Notes under the pieces: model-generated | What the model was told of the DNA's origin: nothing | The model's database searches: none | Seen by the model: only the letters and a program-made list of their open reading frames with translations | IMG/VR virus record: IMGVR_UViG_3300042402_007287 | Length of the DNA: 64,000 nucleotides | Source of the DNA: a virus | Taxonomy: Duplodnaviria; Heunggongvirae; Uroviricota; Caudoviricetes | Reading direction: 5' to 3' (one strand) | Part shown: positions 17,928 through 26,908 of the stretch, piece by piece | How positions within the stretch are numbered: the stretch's first letter is position 1 | How the letters are laid out: each line of letters starts with the position of its first letter | Program-made: the position numbers and the translations under genes

Positions 17928-19056
17928 TTGATACGGTTGGAGCGGACAATTTTTGGGTTATTTCGTTTTTCCAATTTACCAAGAAATCACTTGTATCGTA
18001 ATAAGCTCTGGTTTCAATCAAAAATGAAGAACCTGGCCAAGGATTTACTCTGTCTGAAGACAACATATAATCCAAATTTCTCAGTAATTCTTCATTACGA
18101 TTCAAACTTTGAAGTAGGAAATTCAAATATATATAATGTTCGTTTCTCATTGGAGCAAATTGTCCAGCCCAATAATAGTGTTGAATTGCATCTTCTAATT
18201 GACCCAAAAATTGAAGGGCTTGTCCCATCATGATGAATGCGAAGTATGCCATTTCATCAAAACGAGTGGCGGTTTTTTGATTATGCCAATCGTGAACTTG
18301 TTCTAAAAACCTATTGTAATACCAAATACTTCTTCGAGCATACTCTTCGGAGTGAAGTCTTCCAAATGGAAGTTCATCAGGATTACCATAACAATCTGCA
18401 TAACTTTTAGCTATATACCATAAATGATATGGGTCATCTTTAACTTTATTACCAACAACTTTATCAATTTCCAATTCTAAAGCGTCTCTCAGAAATTTAC
18501 GAGGAACATGCCATGTTTCTCCATCTTGGGAAACTAAATGACGAAAACTGAAAGGTAGATTTATTCTTACAAAACTTTCTCCGATTTCAGGTAAATGTAT
18601 TGTTTCGTGACGTTTATCATCCGCAAAAAACCATGGTAACTTAGCATTCCATAACCAAGTTCTGAAATACTTTATATCTGCAGCAGATGCGGGTACATTG
18701 AAGCTATCAATAGTGGTGTCAGAAAGAATATTCCAATCGAAATCTTCATCAATTTGTAATCTTTCGTCCGCATCCATTCTCAAAATCCAATCACAACCAT
18801 GATTTGCTTGAAGGGCTCTTTGGAGTGTATGGTTTCTATTCCAACCTGGATAGTTCCAATCTATCTCATATGTGAATCCAGGAATACCTCTTTCATTAAA
18901 AAATTTCTCGATGATTTCTTTCGTGTTATCCTCTTTTCCATTACATTGGATTACCCAATAAGAAATGTGTGGAGCAACAGATTCTAACATTCTTGTGATG
19001 GTTTTGGCTTCATTGCCTACCATCGCGTTCATACAGATTTTTGGTTTGTTATTCAT
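17893..19056 (-). CDS. glycosyltransferase-like protein with an N-terminal GT-A/GT2-like region
   Basis: ICMNAMVGNE...WILRMDADERL contains a DxD-like motif. Sits directly downstream of glf. Confidence 0.45.
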   Translation of the reverse strand: MNNKPKICMNAMVGNEAKTITRMLESVAPHISYWVIQCNGKEDNTKEIIEKFFNERGIPGFTYEIDWNYPGWNRNHTLQRALQANHGCDWILRMDADERLQIDEDFDWNILSDTTIDSFNVPASAADIKYFRTWLWNAKLPWFFADDKRHETIHLPEIGESFVRINLPFSFRHLVSQDGETWHVPRKFLRDALELEIDKVVGNKVKDDPYHLWYIAKSYADCYGNPDELPFGRLHSEEYARRSIWYYNRFLEQVHDWHNQKTATRFDEMAYFAFIMMGQALQFLGQLEDAIQHYYWAGQFAPMRNEHYIYLNFLLQSLNRNEELLRNLDYMLSSDRVNPWPGSSFLIETRAYYDTSDFLVNWKNEITQKLSAPTVSNDSFRFDPSQF

Positions 19057-20296
19057 AAATGTAATTCATTACTTCTTCTTCTTCGAAATATTTTTTTATT
19101 GCCACGTGATTTTGGAATCTTTGTGATTCTTGTTTTTCTTCATCCCAATTCCAATCTTTGAATCCCAAGGATAAAATTCTTTCGTGGATTGCTTTATCAT
19201 AAAAGTCTCTAATAATTCTTGCTCTTCGATTTATATCTTGAGCATTATTATCAACCGTACTGTTACGATTATTCCATTGCAAATATAGGACACGTTTTAC
19301 GTGAATAAACCGTGTATGTAAAAAACTTCTTATTATAATCTCCAAATCATCCGCAACAGGAGTAAGTTTATTGTGTCCACCTATTTTGTGATATAGGTTT
19401 CTTTCCCACATTCTCACGTGGTCGGGCATGGATATATTGAACCTTATTGATAATGGATTTATATCAGGGTACCAGTGTGCCAAAATTTTTCTACCATCTA
19501 CTTCAACCCAAGTGTGACCAGCATAACCAAAATCAAAAAAATTATCATGTCTTGCATACCAACCACCTGTCCAATCATGGTCATAAGATTTCATCTCACC
19601 ATCCTCATATAATTCACAAACATCCGTATATAAAAATCCTGCATCAGGATATTTGATGATGGCATCATTACAAGTGGATAAACACTCTGTGGTCAAAGTA
19701 TCATCATGGTCCAACTCGACCAACCAATCACCATCACATAACATAGCTGCTCTATGTTTGGCCAAACCTACATTACCACCCGATAACGGGTAAATACGAT
19801 GAATTTTAACCCTGTAGTCTTTCGAAGAAATTTCTTTCAATAGGTTCCATGTTATTTCGTCAGGCGAATCGTCTACTACGACCCATTCCCAATTAGTCCA
19901 AACTTGAGACCTCAGACTCTCATAAGTTCTTTTAATTCTTTCATAAGTCTTATATGCTGGTGTGAAGACCGAAAATCGTGGTCTATGGTATGTAAGGTTT
20001 TTGTAAATAGCTTCCTTACATATCGTGTTAGCCAAATCATAATCACCCAAAGGATTTTCTATGAAAACATAAATTTGTTGTAATTGATAATGAGGTACAT
20101 TCACGTGAGTCCCAATCGAAACAATAATATCAGGTCTATACTTGGAATAATCTTCGGCCACATTATCTGTGTAAGGTAAAGAATAAACCATGATTTCTTC
20201 CCAAAGCCCTTCTTCAGAATAAATTGAAGTTTGTAATAATTCCTCACCCTGTTTGTACCAATTATAAACTATCGCACTCGGTTTTTTTGTCTTCAT
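19049..20296 (-). CDS. family-2 glycosyltransferase
   Basis: FTPAYKTYERIKRTYESLRSQVWTNWEWVVVDDSPDE...DWLVELDHDD shows a GT2 core with a DxD motif. Confidence 0.6.
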   Translation of the reverse strand: MKTKKPSAIVYNWYKQGEELLQTSIYSEEGLWEEIMVYSLPYTDNVAEDYSKYRPDIIVSIGTHVNVPHYQLQQIYVFIENPLGDYDLANTICKEAIYKNLTYHRPRFSVFTPAYKTYERIKRTYESLRSQVWTNWEWVVVDDSPDEITWNLLKEISSKDYRVKIHRIYPLSGGNVGLAKHRAAMLCDGDWLVELDHDDTLTTECLSTCNDAIIKYPDAGFLYTDVCELYEDGEMKSYDHDWTGGWYARHDNFFDFGYAGHTWVEVDGRKILAHWYPDINPLSIRFNISMPDHVRMWERNLYHKIGGHNKLTPVADDLEIIIRSFLHTRFIHVKRVLYLQWNNRNSTVDNNAQDINRRARIIRDFYDKAIHERILSLGFKDWNWDEEKQESQRFQNHVAIKKYFEEEEVMNYIYE

Positions 20297-20326
20297 GATA
20301 AAAGTTTACGTTCATGTCTGAAATTG

Positions 20327-20668
20327 TCAACAATCTCCGTCAGATTGCCAGTCTGTGAGAACAAATTCCAAATTTATTGCTTCAATTTGACGATATCTAT
20401 TCCTCCAAGCGGTAGCTTTCAGACCACCACTTGAAACAAAGTAGGTTAAATGGGGAGACTCACCTTTCTTTGCTAATTCTATCGCATCTTTTAATCTGTT
20501 AGCTGCCGCAGTTTTTAATCTATCAATATTCGGAATCTCTGCATTCATACCCCAACTCCACTCCAAAAGCTTCATCACGGTCCAACATTTATAAAAATCA
20601 AAATTGTCGAGGATATTTTCAATCATGGCATTTTCAGCCTCCTCGGGGTTTTTGTATCTCCTACTCAT
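20327..20668 (-). CDS. hypothetical protein; start re-set to ATG (MSRRYKNPEE)
   Basis: The track start at 20683 is TTG. The first ATG is 15 nt downstream. Confidence 0.4.
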   Translation of the reverse strand: MSRRYKNPEEAENAMIENILDNFDFYKCWTVMKLLEWSWGMNAEIPNIDRLKTAAANRLKDAIELAKKGESPHLTYFVSSGGLKATAWRNRYRQIEAINLEFVLTDWQSDGDC

Positions 20669-20693
20669 TTTACAAGTATACAAAAAAACAAGA

Positions 20694-20720
20694 ATAAAAA
20701 AAACCCACCTTTCGGTGGGT
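20694..20720 (-). terminator. rho-independent terminator (cccacc-tttc-ggtggg plus a T-run on the minus strand)
   Basis: Lies immediately after the stop of 20728..21531. Confidence 0.6.
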
Positions 20721-20727
20721 TAAACCC

Positions 20728-21531
20728 TTAGAAGGATGTGGCAACAACCCTTCCTGTTTTACCATCCCATTTTTTGATTTGGGATTTGGGGACCCAAAAT
20801 TGCATGACTCCTATCTCTTCCACTCTTTTCAGATATCTTTCACGGAAAGCCTCTGCTTGTGAAGCGTCAGTGATATATTCGACTTTCATGTGACCAGCAC
20901 AGGTTTTACCCATGTTTGTCAACATCGAAAACTCGTCTGTCAAAGTTTTGTTACAACACATACAAACTTTACCACGTTTGACAGTCATTTTTCCTTCGAA
21001 CAGTACAGCTTTGGGTGATACAGCTCTAAGAGCGGTTATATCAATTAAAGTTGGATTGAATTCCAAACCATATTTTTCTTTCAACTGCTGACCGATTTTA
21101 CGACCCACAACTATGGTTTCACCAGGGGTACCCCAATTCATGCGAATGGTGTTATCTTTATCTTCCTCTTTTTGAATCTGCGTAACAGCCGCAGAGATTT
21201 GCTTAGAAGTGAGAGTACCGTATTTCTCGAACTTGGAAGCGATGTCTTTAACAAAGGTGTTATCACCCTTGTACTCGACAATACGTTTAATGTTTTCAGG
21301 AAGGTTTTCCTTATCGATAACCTTCACCTCAGAGTTCAAAGCCTTTTCAGCGGCTTCGCGTTGTTTTGGGGTAAGTCCTCCCCACTTGTTGAGGGCGTCT
21401 TTCATGTTCAGAATAAAACGGTTTTGACCTTGGTAGTTACGAACTTTGTCTTGGACGGAGATTGTGGTAGTGGTTGTCATATGTGTTGTGTTTTGCGAAT
21501 ACAAAGATAGGGATATATTTGTTACCAACAA
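20728..21531 (-). CDS. hypothetical protein with a C-terminal zinc-ribbon-like CMCC...C.GH
   Basis: 267 aa. Repeated G[GT]LT[PS]KQ motifs. Confidence 0.5.
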   Translation of the reverse strand: MLVTNISLSLYSQNTTHMTTTTTISVQDKVRNYQGQNRFILNMKDALNKWGGLTPKQREAAEKALNSEVKVIDKENLPENIKRIVEYKGDNTFVKDIASKFEKYGTLTSKQISAAVTQIQKEEDKDNTIRMNWGTPGETIVVGRKIGQQLKEKYGLEFNPTLIDITALRAVSPKAVLFEGKMTVKRGKVCMCCNKTLTDEFSMLTNMGKTCAGHMKVEYITDASQAEAFRERYLKRVEEIGVMQFWVPKSQIKKWDGKTGRVVATSF

Positions 21532-21535
21532 AAAA

Positions 21536-21721
21536 TTATTTCAAAAATTTTAGAAGAGCAAAATAATAATCCCCCTCATCACACTTAGGGTACCCCACCT
21601 CCTTTCGAACATCCTCAACCTTTTTTTCCCCGTGAATCTCTTTGATACGGTTCTCCAATAGCTCGAGGAACATCTTGTGTTTCGGACTCAAAGTGCTGGT
21701 TTTATTTTTTTTGTTTCGCAT
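21536..21721 (-). CDS. hypothetical small basic protein
   Basis: 61-aa ORF. Its start codon lies inside a 12-nt direct repeat. Confidence 0.3.
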   Translation of the reverse strand: MRNKKNKTSTLSPKHKMFLELLENRIKEIHGEKKVEDVRKEVGYPKCDEGDYYFALLKFLK

Positions 21722-21771
21722 GAGATTTGTTTCGCATAGTGGAAGGGGGAATAACCCCCTTCCGTCAGCTA

Positions 21772-22242
21772 TTATTGATTAGTGAATGCTTTGTCTGCCC
21801 AAGTCTTAGCTCCAACCATTTCCCAAAGGCTCATGTCACACATATTGGGGAATGACTCACGCATCGCTCCAACGGTCAACACTTCAAGAAGTCCACGGTC
21901 GATGTGGTACCATACGCCACCCTTCGTGGTATAGACGTTGTGCCATTGTGTTACACCACCATCGAACTCAACCAAAACTTGAAGGTTGACAAGTGCGTTT
22001 TTTACCCAAGAACAGATAGCACCTTGAGGGGTGTCTTCGAAATCGCTGATGTTCACGAAACCAGCTTTACATTTAGCAGCTGAACGGAACTTATAGGTTT
22101 TGTTTACGTCTTTGATGTGATTGGAAACTCCGACTGTGATACGTTTACCTTTTACAGTGGTGTTGAAGGAACCGTAGAATACGTCTCCTGCCATTGAATC
22201 GTTAGATACTTTAACTACGGGGATGGTTGTGGTGTTTGTCAT
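21772..22242 (-). CDS. hypothetical protein
   Basis: 156-aa ORF. Confidence 0.45.
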   Translation of the reverse strand: MTNTTTIPVVKVSNDSMAGDVFYGSFNTTVKGKRITVGVSNHIKDVNKTYKFRSAAKCKAGFVNISDFEDTPQGAICSWVKNALVNLQVLVEFDGGVTQWHNVYTTKGGVWYHIDRGLLEVLTVGAMRESFPNMCDMSLWEMVGAKTWADKAFTNQ

Positions 22243-22299
22243 GATGTTTGTGTTTTGTTACACAAAGATAGACTATTCCATCAAACCAACAAATTTTTT

Positions 22300-22824
22300 T
22301 TAAATTATTTTTTTGAAGTTATAAGCCACTGAATATCTGTGGTTTGCAAAACTTGAACTTGGTGGTCTACCTGAATGTGGGATAGAAGAATCGAAAATTA
22401 CCAACCTACCAGGTTTGGGTATTATGCTCGCAATTATCTCTGTATCAGGTGATAAACTTTCAGTAAAAATGGTTTCCGAACCCCAATTTATGTTCCATTT
22501 GGGATTACCATATAAAAGTGCTGTGATATCTGACTCATCTGTATGGAGAGCTGTAACATCTCCTCTCTTGTATGCATTTCGGAATGCTGAAAAGAATTTG
22601 TATTTTCCTGATATTATTGGTAAAGAATGTAATCGACCCAAAATCTTCCAATATATGGTGTTCTCAGGTATCTCTTTTATATAACCAATATCAGCACCTC
22701 CCTCTAATTGAACTTCGGAAAGATAAGGGACCTTTTCTTCCAAAATCCAAGAACTCTCCCTTAGAGTTTTGAACAACTCAGTTATTTCCTCAGGGGTGAG
22801 AAACTCATCAAAAACCTCAATCAT
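22300..22824 (-). CDS. 2OG-Fe(II) oxygenase, prolyl-4-hydroxylase-like
   Basis: An HxD...H...RxS triad: ALHTDESD ... IPHSGRP ... HRYSVAY. Confidence 0.6.
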   Translation of the reverse strand: MIEVFDEFLTPEEITELFKTLRESSWILEEKVPYLSEVQLEGGADIGYIKEIPENTIYWKILGRLHSLPIISGKYKFFSAFRNAYKRGDVTALHTDESDITALLYGNPKWNINWGSETIFTESLSPDTEIIASIIPKPGRLVIFDSSIPHSGRPPSSSFANHRYSVAYNFKKII

Positions 22825-22953
22825 CTTTTTTAATATTATGAACTTCGAGATTTCTTTGGTCTCTAGCCATGTTGTCCCTGTTTATATGCCACTCCGTATA
22901 AGATAAAGTTGTGGAACCACTCAAAGAAATCAATTCATGGTCAAAGGTTTCAA

Positions 22954-23415
22954 TCATACTTTATCGCATTGATTTGGTTGAAAACAACCTTGTCCACCTC
23001 CTTCAACATAACCGATTCTCATATCGATATGAGTACTTTTAGTATAGGGTGATTCTTTTCCACAGATTACACATTTATCTTTCTCATCACTCATTTCAGA
23101 CTTCAATCTGCAACTCAAATGGTCCCAACCAACAAGATAATCATAATCCACTTTATCAGTTTTTTCTCCACAAATTGAGCAAGTCCATGGTCTTCCGATA
23201 GATTTAACCAAACCATCATCTCCGATATTCAAGAAAAAATGTTCATCATCCACAGGTGGACCTTCCTGATTTCTTCTTTCTTGCCAATATTTGTTTCGAG
23301 CCAATTCGCCCAAATCAAAATCATTGGGATTACCCAAGATTTCATTTTCTGTAAGTGTGACCGTAATACCCATATAAAAAGTTTTATAAAAAAAAAATAG
23401 TTGATTTATTTTCAA
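22954..23415 (-). CDS. zinc-ribbon (CxxC x2) protein
   Basis: CSICGEK ... CVICGKE. Confidence 0.4.
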   Translation of the reverse strand: MKINQLFFFYKTFYMGITVTLTENEILGNPNDFDLGELARNKYWQERRNQEGPPVDDEHFFLNIGDDGLVKSIGRPWTCSICGEKTDKVDYDYLVGWDHLSCRLKSEMSDEKDKCVICGKESPYTKSTHIDMRIGYVEGGGQGCFQPNQCDKV

Positions 23416-23447
23416 AAAAAAACCTATTTATAAAAAAAACTTTTCCC

Positions 23448-24323
23448 ATGACAGATGAAAGGTTGAAAAGGTTGGCACAGCAACTTATCGGAATGTTCCG
23501 TAACGTTGAACATAACAATGACATTTTTAATGTGTTGAAAAAGGTCGCAAAAAAACAAGCAATATATTTTTCTAGTTTTACTCCTCAGGAGTTTTTGAAA
23601 TTTTATTTTTATATCTTGTCCTTGAAAAAAAAGGGAAATTTCGAATTCGCCGATTTCGCTTTGGAAAATCTTTTCTTCGCATCTCTCTTTTGGAAAACAG
23701 GTTCACAATATGTTGAGGAGTGTGGTGATTGTTATGGTGAAGGAAGATTTGAATGCTCAGAATGTGACGGAAGTGGTAACGAGTCGTGTTCGGAGTGTGA
23801 TGGTAGTGGTCAAGTAATTTGTAGTGATTGTGATGGGGAAGGTAAAATAGAAGGTGACGCAGGTGAAAAGGTTTCTTGTGACATGTGTGACGGAAGTGGA
23901 GAAGTTGATTGCGAGGAATGTGATGGCGGAGGTACAGTCAATTGTAGTCGTTGTGACGGTGAATCCCGACTTGATTGTCATAACTGTAATGCCGATGGCG
24001 AGTTAGAAGGTACGGATTCATCTATCGAGCTTATATTCATTTGTTCTTGGGATAAAAATCTAAAGAATCTTTGTGAATTAAATGTCGGGAGACCCGAACC
24101 TGTCGGAGCAAGGGAAAACATCGAAAACAACCCGAATATAATAACTCTCAATTATAGAGAATGGGGTGATTTAGATATAGAATTTTTAGAAGAGATAGAA
24201 GAAGGCGTTGTTTACTGTAATGAATTCGATGAGGAAAAACAAATTTTACTCAGTCCTCAGTTCGAAATCAGATATTACGGTTTCGATAGTTCACCTAAAA
24301 ATATAGATGAGTTTATCCAATAA
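23448..24323 (+). CDS. protein with eight DnaJ-type CxxCxGxG zinc-finger repeats
   Basis: CGDCYGEG, CSECDGSG, CSECDGSG, CSDCDGEG, CDMCDGSG, CEECDGGG, CSRCDGES, CHNCNADG. Confidence 0.6.
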   Translation: MTDERLKRLAQQLIGMFRNVEHNNDIFNVLKKVAKKQAIYFSSFTPQEFLKFYFYILSLKKKGNFEFADFALENLFFASLFWKTGSQYVEECGDCYGEGRFECSECDGSGNESCSECDGSGQVICSDCDGEGKIEGDAGEKVSCDMCDGSGEVDCEECDGGGTVNCSRCDGESRLDCHNCNADGELEGTDSSIELIFICSWDKNLKNLCELNVGRPEPVGARENIENNPNIITLNYREWGDLDIEFLEEIEEGVVYCNEFDEEKQILLSPQFEIRYYGFDSSPKNIDEFIQ

Positions 24324-24561
24324 TTTTGGAAACCGCAGTGAGAAACTCAGGGTCGTCCTTGTACTTTTGAACCTTTCTGATAACAAACTCATCTTTATAT
24401 CTTAGTCCAAGGATAAAATCCATTATTTGTTCTGGTTCATAATCATCTTTTTTCAAGACATCTACAATCTTTTTCAGTGCAGACCTGAATGACATTACAG
24501 GTACAGGTTGTTGTGCCGATACTAATGATTCTAATTGTGATTCGGAAATTAAATAATTCAT
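24313..24561 (-). CDS. hypothetical protein, shortened to the internal ATG (MNYLISESQ...)
   Basis: The long version 24313..24765 overlaps + gene 24594..25064 by 170 nt. Confidence 0.3.
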   Translation of the reverse strand: MNYLISESQLESLVSAQQPVPVMSFRSALKKIVDVLKKDDYEPEQIMDFILGLRYKDEFVIRKVQKYKDDPEFLTAVSKIIG

Positions 24562-24593
24562 TACTGAACAAATATTTAATATAAATACCACAA

Positions 24594-25064
24594 ATGTCAG
24601 AACTCGAAATTTTTTTGAACTGTTTAGCCAAAACAACTTATCCTTCAGATAAGACGTTGAGTGTTGCGAAGATTTGTGGTTATGAAATCGGCAATTTTTT
24701 AAAAGATTTACATTCTGAGTTTGGTGAAGAGAAGGCAAAGGAATTCGTGAACAAAACCTTTTCAAAGATTCTTAGGAACAATATGTTGTGTTACGATTTG
24801 ACTGAATACCCCTCAGGAGGTAACGTTTGTGTTGAAATCAAAAAAATGAAGATTGATTTCGAGAACAATATAATTTATCTTACAGTTGTTTGGGGTCCAA
24901 CAAAAATTCTCGATGAAAAAGGAAATCCGAGAACTATTGATGATTTACTTGATGATGCCGATATGTCTGAATGGTCTAATGTAGAAGATTTTATTGATAG
25001 TATCCTGAGAGATATTGAGGGTATAATTTTTGAAGACACAGGTTTTCAAACAGAAATTCAATAA
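24594..25064 (+). CDS. hypothetical protein
   Basis: 156-aa ORF followed by a terminator hairpin. Confidence 0.45.
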   Translation: MSELEIFLNCLAKTTYPSDKTLSVAKICGYEIGNFLKDLHSEFGEEKAKEFVNKTFSKILRNNMLCYDLTEYPSGGNVCVEIKKMKIDFENNIIYLTVVWGPTKILDEKGNPRTIDDLLDDADMSEWSNVEDFIDSILRDIEGIIFEDTGFQTEIQ

Positions 25065-25090
25065 AAAAAGGGGAACATAGTTCCCCTTCG
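25063..25090. terminator. perfect hairpin ggggaac-ata-gttcccc flanked by A and T runs; bidirectional
   Basis: Sits between convergent genes 24594..25064 (+) and 25122..25412 (-). Confidence 0.55.
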
Positions 25091-25121
25091 AGGACCTTTC
25101 GGTCGCCTCCACCACCAAATT

Positions 25122-25412
25122 TTATGAAATTTGGAAACCTCTTGTTGTAAGTGAGTTTATAACTTCAATAAGTTCATTTTCTTCCATATATCCACAAACA
25201 TCATCACTCAATCCAGGACAAAAAATTCTTGTAATAAATGAACCACTATGGGTCATGATGGCTAACTCAAACGTTTTTTCGAAGTCACCATAAAGTCCTC
25301 TTCCACCACCCACGATGGAGATAATGACTTTGGGTGTTTTTATTACCGTCTGTCGACCACCACCGTGATGAGGTTTGGACCACTCCATAATATTTTCTTT
25401 AGTTATAATCAT
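25122..25412 (-). CDS. hypothetical protein
   Basis: 96-aa ORF. Confidence 0.4.
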   Translation of the reverse strand: MIITKENIMEWSKPHHGGGRQTVIKTPKVIISIVGGGRGLYGDFEKTFELAIMTHSGSFITRIFCPGLSDDVCGYMEENELIEVINSLTTRGFQIS

Positions 25413-25669
25413 TTTTCTAAAGACGAACCCTTGATGAATTTTTCGGTCAAGGTCGAAAATTCCATTTTGGTATTTACAACACTTTCTTTGAGCACTTCAT
25501 GAGGGATATGTAACAAAAAGTTTTGTCCGTTGAAAAAATCCAAATCCGACTTAGACTTCAAACAACCGTGAACAGATTGAAGGAAAATCTTGAATTGAGT
25601 TGCATCTACGAAAGTCTCGTCACAAATTACTCCGAATGTCTTGTGTTGAATTTTAATTGATGTGTTCAT
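25409..25669 (-). CDS. hypothetical protein
   Basis: 86-aa ORF. Overlaps the upstream gene by 4 nt. Confidence 0.4.
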   Translation of the reverse strand: MNTSIKIQHKTFGVICDETFVDATQFKIFLQSVHGCLKSKSDLDFFNGQNFLLHIPHEVLKESVVNTKMEFSTLTEKFIKGSSLEK

Positions 25670-25708
25670 AGTTTTACAAAGGTACAGGAAAAAATTGAAC
25701 TCACAAAA

Positions 25709-25867
25709 TTATTTCACCCACTCCTTAAATGCCATGTCGTAAGCCAAAACCCTATCCATATTGGGTTCTTTATCTAAAATGGATTTGGCGGTGTCAATTA
25801 CTTCTGATAACAAACCGTACTTACTTGCTTCATACAGAATCTCTTGGATAATTTCTTCGTTGGTCAT
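25709..25867 (-). CDS. small protein, 52 aa (MTNEEIIQEILYEASKYGLLSEVIDTAK...)
   Basis: Manual translation. Fills the gap between annotated ORFs. Confidence 0.3.
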   Translation of the reverse strand: MTNEEIIQEILYEASKYGLLSEVIDTAKSILDKEPNMDRVLAYDMAFKEWVK

Positions 25868-25893
25868 AACTGATTTTTTTTCAAAAATATGAA

Positions 25894-26436
25894 TTAAACA
25901 TTTACTGGTAAAATATTATGTGAATTTTTTTGTGTATCTCCAATGATTCGATAAGTGGTAATTTCCCCTAAATCAGGAAAACTTACCAATTGAACAGTGA
26001 TACCCCACTTTTTAACTTGTTTATTCACCGCGGGAGTTACACGATTTGTTAAATCTACGAGGTCCTCCCATGTTGTATCTTCAACAATATCCCGTATGAT
26101 TCCTTGTGTGGTATCAACCAAAACGTCATTAGCATGCATAACTCCAAGTAAAAACTTCTCTACGTCATAAATGTGATAACGAACTATGGAAGATAGAACA
26201 ACACTTCTTTCATCCAAGGAGGTAACGGTTTGGGGTGAAAGATTTACCGTTTGCGTAATTACAGGGGTAACCCAAATTTTATCAAAAAAGGGTCTTTTAT
26301 AGACAAGTCCAGGTCCAACAACCTTCAAGAACTTGCCATTACGAAGATGTACACCTTCTTCCCATTGATTCACTATTTTGAAAGGAAGTACGTCGTGAAT
26401 AAAAGTTACAATTAAATCTATTAGTTTATCGAACAT
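25894..26436 (-). CDS. SPFH/band-7 (stomatin/prohibitin-like) domain protein
   Basis: VNQWEEGVHLRNGKF...GPGLVYKRPF resembles the stomatin core. Confidence 0.5.
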   Translation of the reverse strand: MFDKLIDLIVTFIHDVLPFKIVNQWEEGVHLRNGKFLKVVGPGLVYKRPFFDKIWVTPVITQTVNLSPQTVTSLDERSVVLSSIVRYHIYDVEKFLLGVMHANDVLVDTTQGIIRDIVEDTTWEDLVDLTNRVTPAVNKQVKKWGITVQLVSFPDLGEITTYRIIGDTQKNSHNILPVNV

Positions 26437-26514
26437 AAAACAATTTTATCCACAAAGATAAAAAATTTTAACGAACTAAACAAAAAATTGTTTTTTCAAT
26501 ATATTTAAGAGTGT

Positions 26515-26811
26515 ATGAATGACGCAGAAATATTAAATCAAATTTTAAAAGACATGCATTATTCCGATGAATATAGAAATATTCTCATCGAAAAAGCACT
26601 TGTTAGATTGGAAGATTCTGAGCTGGACGAAATGACTCCTCCGTTTCTTTTTGTCACTTTCGTTTATGATTTAGGTAGAGCAACTGCAACTAAGATTGCA
26701 GACTATTTTAAGCAAATGAAAAATGATGGTGAATATGAAACCGAACTTGAGCAAACTATCAAGAGTTCTCCCTCCTTCTCCAAGTTTTTTGGTCAGAAAG
26801 AATCTGATTAA
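26515..26811 (+). CDS. hypothetical protein
   Basis: 98-aa ORF. Confidence 0.4.
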   Translation: MNDAEILNQILKDMHYSDEYRNILIEKALVRLEDSELDEMTPPFLFVTFVYDLGRATATKIADYFKQMKNDGEYETELEQTIKSSPSFSKFFGQKESD

Positions 26812-26908
26812 AATTTACAAATATTTTCACAAATAGTTTTTTAAACCCTCTATTCAAGTAGATTTTAAATTCTTGTTTAACGAAGTATTTATTTGAAACT
26901 ACATTATT

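Noticed and set aside
24313-24765. Full-length 150-aa version of the minus-strand ORF
   Set aside because: It overlaps the + gene 24594..25064 by 170 nt. An internal ATG at 24561 gives a non-overlapping 82-aa product, which is reported instead at low confidence.
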